Shown here: positions 59,700 through 64,000 of the stretch, one piece after another | How the letters are laid out: each line of letters starts with the position of its first letter | Position numbering within the stretch: position 1 is the stretch's first letter | IMG/VR virus record: IMGVR_UViG_3300050821_009835 | Coordinates: 1-64,000 of that record | DNA length: 64,000 bases | Reading direction: 5' to 3' (one strand) | Made by a program: the position numbers and the translations under genes | The notes under the pieces: model-generated | Told to the model about the DNA's origin: nothing | Seen by the model: the letters and a program-made list of their open reading frames with translations, nothing else | Database searches by the model: none

Positions 59700-60397
59700 T
59701 AAGCCTCCAAGCGACGAAACTCGAGCTTTACATGTTAGGCGTTGAATTGAGTCGAAAATTCCTCTCAGTAAATCACTTAGGTGCCCCGGAGTATTTCACT
59801 TTCGAAGAAGTTCTCAAACGTCCTTTTACAGATCCCATGCATCGTCGTTTAATCAAGTTAGTTAACGGTCCAAAACAAGGTTATGGCACGGGCTGGTATT
59901 ATGATAATACGGCCTTCGTGAATTTGAAAAAAGCAGCCTCTCTGGTTAAGAAGCCGCGTTGCTCAACCTGGTCTTTTCCTGGTTACAAGATCGACCGGGA
60001 GCCTTGCGGAGTTGTTGCCCACGAAACCGGGCACCACGTTGACCATGTCTTAGGCGAAGGGCAAAATCCAAAATTAACGCCGGGGATGAACCCGGATGCC
60101 AACACTATCCGTCTCTACAACACTCTCTTCCGAGGATCGCCAAGTTCGCATCCTGAGTGGGCTAAGGTTGTCCGCCTGAGCAAGCCCATCACTTCTTACG
60201 AACCGAACCTTCATGAGTCCTTCGCGGAAACTGGGCGGCTTTTTATCCTGAATCCCGATCTTCTCGAGCAGGGCAGCCCGGAGAGATTTAAATTTTTCAC
60301 GAAAGTTGGTCTTAAACCGAGCGAAACTCGCGACTTCCGACAAGTGCTAGATCACCCAGATTATGTCGCCGCCGCAGAAAGATGGATTGCCAAATGA
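59696..60397 (+). CDS. Zincin-like HExxH protein
   Basis: VVAHETGHHVD plus downstream HESFAE. Confidence 0.6.
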   Translation: MISLQATKLELYMLGVELSRKFLSVNHLGAPEYFTFEEVLKRPFTDPMHRRLIKLVNGPKQGYGTGWYYDNTAFVNLKKAASLVKKPRCSTWSFPGYKIDREPCGVVAHETGHHVDHVLGEGQNPKLTPGMNPDANTIRLYNTLFRGSPSSHPEWAKVVRLSKPITSYEPNLHESFAETGRLFILNPDLLEQGSPERFKFFTKVGLKPSETRDFRQVLDHPDYVAAAERWIAK

Positions 60398-60576
60398 CAC
60401 CAGAAAATATACGTGAATGGGATAAGACCTTTGATGATAAAAGTGTGACTGCGGAAGTTGCTAGAGCTAGAGCAAGAATTGAAATCGCCGCCCAACTTTC
60501 AGAATTAAATCTCAATATGCGTTCTGTAATACAACTTTTGGGGGGTCATCGCGGCAAATGAGAAGCTGGAGGGAAA

Positions 60577-61123
60577 ATGCTAGGCAAGGCATACAGGCTT
60601 TACGCTACAGGCGAGGGCTGAGACGAGCGAGAAGGGAAGCAAGCCGAAGAAGCATCGACTCGTATTGTCGTTGGGGTCTAAACGATGGTACTGCCTGGAT
60701 TGCAAGCGGTGGTTCAAGAAGCGAATTAAGGCGCACTGTAAAGGAGTGAGGCCATGAAGAACGAAGCACCACAGCTCTATCACGTCACGGTCCATCTGTA
60801 CCCGTCAGGGATCACCGACAGCGGCTATTGGCACTCGGAGTACAACGACCGGGGATGAACTGATCGCCCTCAATCGCCGGGTGACGGAAACCCGTGAGAA
60901 ACTGGACGCCGCACACATAGAGAATCAGCGGAAATTTTGGGCAAAGCAGCGAGAGATGCAGAAGAAGGGCGAATCCACCCGTATGGGACTGGGGCCGCAC
61001 AGAACGGAATTTAGCGTCACTATCGTTCGGTTGGAAGATTCCGTGATCGACGGCACCAAGCTGATGGCAGAATTCAACGAATTTGCAACAAGGGAAGGTT
61101 TAATGGCAGACCCGACAAATTAA
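60577..61123 (+). pseudogene. Two small genes each broken by a +1 base in a homopolymer (60577-60757 Zn-finger-like; 60754-61123)
   Basis: Removing one T at 60599-60601 gives MLGKAYRLTLQ..WYCLDCKRWF..HCK, whose stop overlaps ATG 60754. Removing one G at 60851-60854 gives ..YNDRDELIALNRRVTETREKL.. Confidence 0.5.
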
Positions 61124-61161
61124 GCCATTTTTAAGTATTGAGGTTTAGGCAAAGGATTATC

Positions 61162-61437
61162 ATGGTAACGCTAAAAGAAATCAATCATTTGATTCGCACC
61201 AACCACACTTGGACAGCAGTCGCATTTGCAGCCTATCCTAAGGAATTTCTCTCCGTTAAAGACGTAGCAAAGGTTCTCTTGACAACTCCTGGCGCTATCT
61301 AAAAACGTGTTCAGCGGCACTCCATCCCATTCTTCACCGTTAGCAGTGGTATAGATGCACGCAATCGTTTAGTATTTCTTCGGTCAAGCCTGCGTCTATG
61401 GGCCGCAAATAAACCTGAACTCGATTCACTATTGTAA
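61162..61437 (+). pseudogene. Excisionase/MerR-like HTH protein with in-frame TAA at 61300-61302
   Basis: EFLSVKDVAKVLLTTPGAI*KRVQRHSIPF..RLVFLRSSLRLW; AAAGGA RBS. Confidence 0.7.
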
Positions 61438-61461
61438 CTCCGGGTATCAGGTAGATAGATT

Positions 61462-61944
61462 ATGGCGGTTACAGACGTTGGCTTCAAAAAAGTCGCGAAT
61501 GAAGAGCACGATTATGGGACTGGTGCCCACCGCGATTCTCGTGGCGGAAAAGGTGCCCTCCACTGGATTCCATTTGACAGTCTCTTTCTTGTATCCCGTA
61601 TTTATGAGTTAGGCAACAAGGGTAGAAGTGCAAATGGGGACGGGAACGATCGAAATTGGGAGCACGGCATGCCCATCATCGATCTTTGTCAAAGTGCGCT
61701 AAATCACATCACGGCGTATATTTCTGGGGATCGTTCAGAACCCCATCTTCCACAAGCAGCTTGGAACATCATCAATGCTATCCAAATGTCAATTTGGGTG
61801 CACCTGGGTTTTAGGCCAAAATCACTGAATCAACTTCCCAATCACCGGACTAATTGGAAGCCCGGTGATGAATCTCCTTGCCCATTATCCTCTCAAGAAA
61901 TTGAGTGGTTGGCGTTTCGTGGGATAAAGAAAGCAGAATCTTAA
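61462..61944 (+). CDS. dATP/dGTP diphosphohydrolase (DUF5664-like)
   Basis: GAHRD..GKG..IP..Y..G..RNWEHGMP..SALNH..GDRSEPHL..AAWN. Confidence 0.85.
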   Translation: MAVTDVGFKKVANEEHDYGTGAHRDSRGGKGALHWIPFDSLFLVSRIYELGNKGRSANGDGNDRNWEHGMPIIDLCQSALNHITAYISGDRSEPHLPQAAWNIINAIQMSIWVHLGFRPKSLNQLPNHRTNWKPGDESPCPLSSQEIEWLAFRGIKKAES

Positions 61945-62447
61945 TGGCAAATCTAAACATGGAAGTAGCACAACTTGCTGAACGATGGGCTAATGCCTTT
62001 CCTCAAGATATCCAACCCGCTGATTTTTGGGAGGGACTTCTCTATCGCTTTCATCCGGATGTTATTCATCGTAAGTTAACGGATGTTTTGCGCTATCGAG
62101 ATGGCATTGCTAAACCAGGCCCGTACTTCATCACTTCCATTAGTTCGCAAGGGAAGGAAGTTCAAAAATTGCTACAATTGTCTCCACTATTTTCTTATGA
62201 AGAAATTGAAGAGCCTGTTAGTGAAGGAATCAAGCGGCGACTAAGGCGTAGCATGGCTCAAAAAACCATCTTAAACAAAATCACACGCCAACGTAAGAAT
62301 TTAGGCAAGCCTCCACTGCCTGCCGAAGATATCTTGGCAGAGATTAAGTCACTCTATCGTGACGGTAAGGGCATCACTATTAAACACCAGATCTGTTTGG
62401 TGGGTCCTGTTGCTTATGACTTCGTTGCCGCTAAGGTTGCAGTGTAG
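61944..62447 (+). CDS. Hypothetical protein
   Basis: TAATG-coupled start at 61944. Confidence 0.55.
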   Translation: MANLNMEVAQLAERWANAFPQDIQPADFWEGLLYRFHPDVIHRKLTDVLRYRDGIAKPGPYFITSISSQGKEVQKLLQLSPLFSYEEIEEPVSEGIKRRLRRSMAQKTILNKITRQRKNLGKPPLPAEDILAEIKSLYRDGKGITIKHQICLVGPVAYDFVAAKVAV

Positions 62448-62448
62448 T

Positions 62449-63378
62449 ATGGCTCTATTTATTGAGAAACCTGTTGCTTGCGTGTTTGACTGGGATAAGA
62501 CATTAAGCCCAACCTATCAACAACGTCCCCTCTTCAAGGAATACGGCGTTGATGAAAAGACGTTTTGGGAGCTAACGCATACTCGCACTCGCGCTCACCA
62601 ACATTATACTCAGAATCGCTGCTTCGTTGAGCATGAATATCTAAATACCATCCTCGATTACACCCGACGCGGCGTCTTCAAAGGATTGAATAACGCCAAG
62701 TTAGAAGAGCTGGGTAAGACCATAGAGGTCTACCCTGGCGTAGAAGACTTTTTTCGTAAGTTGAAGGAAGAAGGTGCCGAACTTTATGTTGTTAGTGGCG
62801 GGATTCGCTCCATGCTCAAGGGCATTCCATTTGTCAAAGAAACTGTAACCGAGATTTACGCAGCTGACTTCGCTGACTATGAATTGGACGATTTGGGAAA
62901 GAAGATTCCGAAAGAGACAATTCAGTCTATTGTCGTCTCTGTTATTCCCACTGATAAGACTCGCATCATGAACGAGATTTCTAAAGGCTGCGCCCACGGA
63001 AATTTCGATACCAATGCTACTCTTGTTCAAGAGCGACGTCGCATTCCATTTAAACGCATGATCTACATTGGCGACGGAGTATCAGATATCCATGCATTTG
63101 AAACCGTTCGGCGCGACGGGGGATTTGCTGTTGCTGTGTATAATCCTAATGAACCGCAATTTGATCAAGCAGAAATGCTTCGTAGCAATGGTTGGGTAGA
63201 CCTGATTGCTACTGCCGACTTTCGGCCTGGTGCCAGTGCTCACGATTGGGTGCTTCAAAAGGTTCGTCGTATCCGGGATGGTATCAAGAAAGAAGAAATC
63301 GCGGTTAGAGAAGCTGAATTGGAACAGGTTCGGAAAGTCGCGCCGAAATACATTCACGCCTGGTCTAAAGAAGATTAA
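62449..63378 (+). CDS. HAD-superfamily hydrolase
   Basis: VFDWDKTLSP, YVVSGGI, K..I.KG, MIYIGDGVSDI. Confidence 0.85.
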   Translation: MALFIEKPVACVFDWDKTLSPTYQQRPLFKEYGVDEKTFWELTHTRTRAHQHYTQNRCFVEHEYLNTILDYTRRGVFKGLNNAKLEELGKTIEVYPGVEDFFRKLKEEGAELYVVSGGIRSMLKGIPFVKETVTEIYAADFADYELDDLGKKIPKETIQSIVVSVIPTDKTRIMNEISKGCAHGNFDTNATLVQERRRIPFKRMIYIGDGVSDIHAFETVRRDGGFAVAVYNPNEPQFDQAEMLRSNGWVDLIATADFRPGASAHDWVLQKVRRIRDGIKKEEIAVREAELEQVRKVAPKYIHAWSKED

Positions 63379-63389
63379 TTGGAGGGAAC

Positions 63390-64000
63390 GTGTCGCTATA
63401 TCGTTTGATTAAAGGATTTGTACCGCCTCAAGATTTGGAAGAGGTTATTGCTGAGACCTTTGTATTCAAGAAGGTATACTACACCCCAGAAAATCTTGAG
63501 CACCATATTGCCTATCTTTCGGACGACAAACCCCACCGCACTTCGCATGCTTACGCCGTCTCCTCTCATGTACCAGGACGTTATTTAAGTGCAGAACTTC
63601 CCTATATCAATTTACGCGATAGAGATGATTGGGAAAAATGGCACTTAACTCAACTTTATCGCAATGTTCGAAACGAAATGGGGCTCTGCGAAGACAATCG
63701 CATGCTCTTCAACGTGCAAGAGTATTACGGCGGGTCCGAACATGTACCAATGCATTGTGACGGTGAACTGTTAGAGTTTGATGTCCGCGAAAACGGGTCC
63801 TTGGATATCAAGCGTAGCATCCGACCGGATCTCGTGGCTGTGCTCACGCTGGTCAACGATACGGAGGCCGGGGGGACTCGCGTGCACCCGGTTGACGCGA
63901 TCGACAACTCTATCGTTATTCGCGCTGAAGCTGGAGACCTTCTGATCTTCGACAACGTGAACGCTTTCCACAGCGTCGACGCCTTGACCGGAACCGTGAA
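63390..64000 (+). CDS. 2OG-Fe(II) dioxygenase, truncated by the window end (not in the ORF track)
   Basis: GTG 63390 with GGAGGG RBS, open to the end; PMHCDG (HxD), AVLTLVND..GGT, GDLLIFDN..FHSV. Confidence 0.8.
   Translation, partial: MSLYRLIKGFVPPQDLEEVIAETFVFKKVYYTPENLEHHIAYLSDDKPHRTSHAYAVSSHVPGRYLSAELPYINLRDRDDWEKWHLTQLYRNVRNEMGLCEDNRMLFNVQEYYGGSEHVPMHCDGELLEFDVRENGSLDIKRSIRPDLVAVLTLVNDTEAGGTRVHPVDAIDNSIVIRAEAGDLLIFDNVNAFHSVDALTGTV

Noticed and set aside
60558-60749. Arg-rich 63-aa ORF in the track
   Set aside because: Likely a shadow frame. The alternative frame has the strong RBS, a Cys/His motif and ATGA coupling to 60754.
61300-61302. Stop-codon reassignment (TAA read-through)
   Set aside because: Long genes end in TAA, TAG and TGA with normal coupling and high coding density. 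A single in-frame TAA is better explained by a point mutation or error.
1-64000. Ordinary bacterial chromosome with an LPS/capsule locus
   Set aside because: dnaX, nusG, def and iscU are isolated from their usual operons and mixed with Rnl1, PseT, DUF6011, DUF5664 and many tiny ORFs. No wzx/wzy/ABC exporter was recognised. Not fully excluded (prophage or large MGE).
1-64000. tRNA/rRNA genes and purZ/dpdA base-modification synthases
   Set aside because: No T-loop/cloverleaf or synthase motifs were recognised by eye; tRNAscan-SE and HMM searches would be needed to exclude them.

Overview
This window looks like a segment of a large (jumbo/huge) tailed-phage genome. It contains phage-typical genes (T4-like Pnkp and RNA ligase 1, DUF6011, HNH, an intein-split SNF2 helicase, DUF5664, many tiny coupled ORFs) mixed with isolated host-like genes (dnaX, a nusG paralog, def, iscU). 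No capsid, terminase, rRNA, tRNA or CRISPR array was recognised, so the phage call is an inference. The centrepiece is a ~22 kb minus-strand gene run (33022 to 11107). Four Thr/Gly/Asn-rich, repeat-built, putative virion proteins are followed, mostly with translational coupling, by about 9 glycosyltransferase-like genes, including an alpha-1,2-fucosyltransferase (GT11) and two ABO-type GT6 domains. The run also encodes GDP-fucose synthesis (gmd, fcl), sugar C- and O-methyltransferases and reductases. This is a candidate self-contained virion-glycosylation system able to build a histo-blood-group-A-like, methylated glycan. The run starts with a hairpin-rich leader, and a NusG paralog lies in the window. 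The right half is a plus-strand accessory region with RNA repair, a class-3 intein, a solo TnpB with a recognisable right end, nucleotide-metabolism enzymes and a hyper-acidic mini-protein. Several single-base lesions there may be assembly errors. All family assignments come from motif recognition by eye; no database searches were run.
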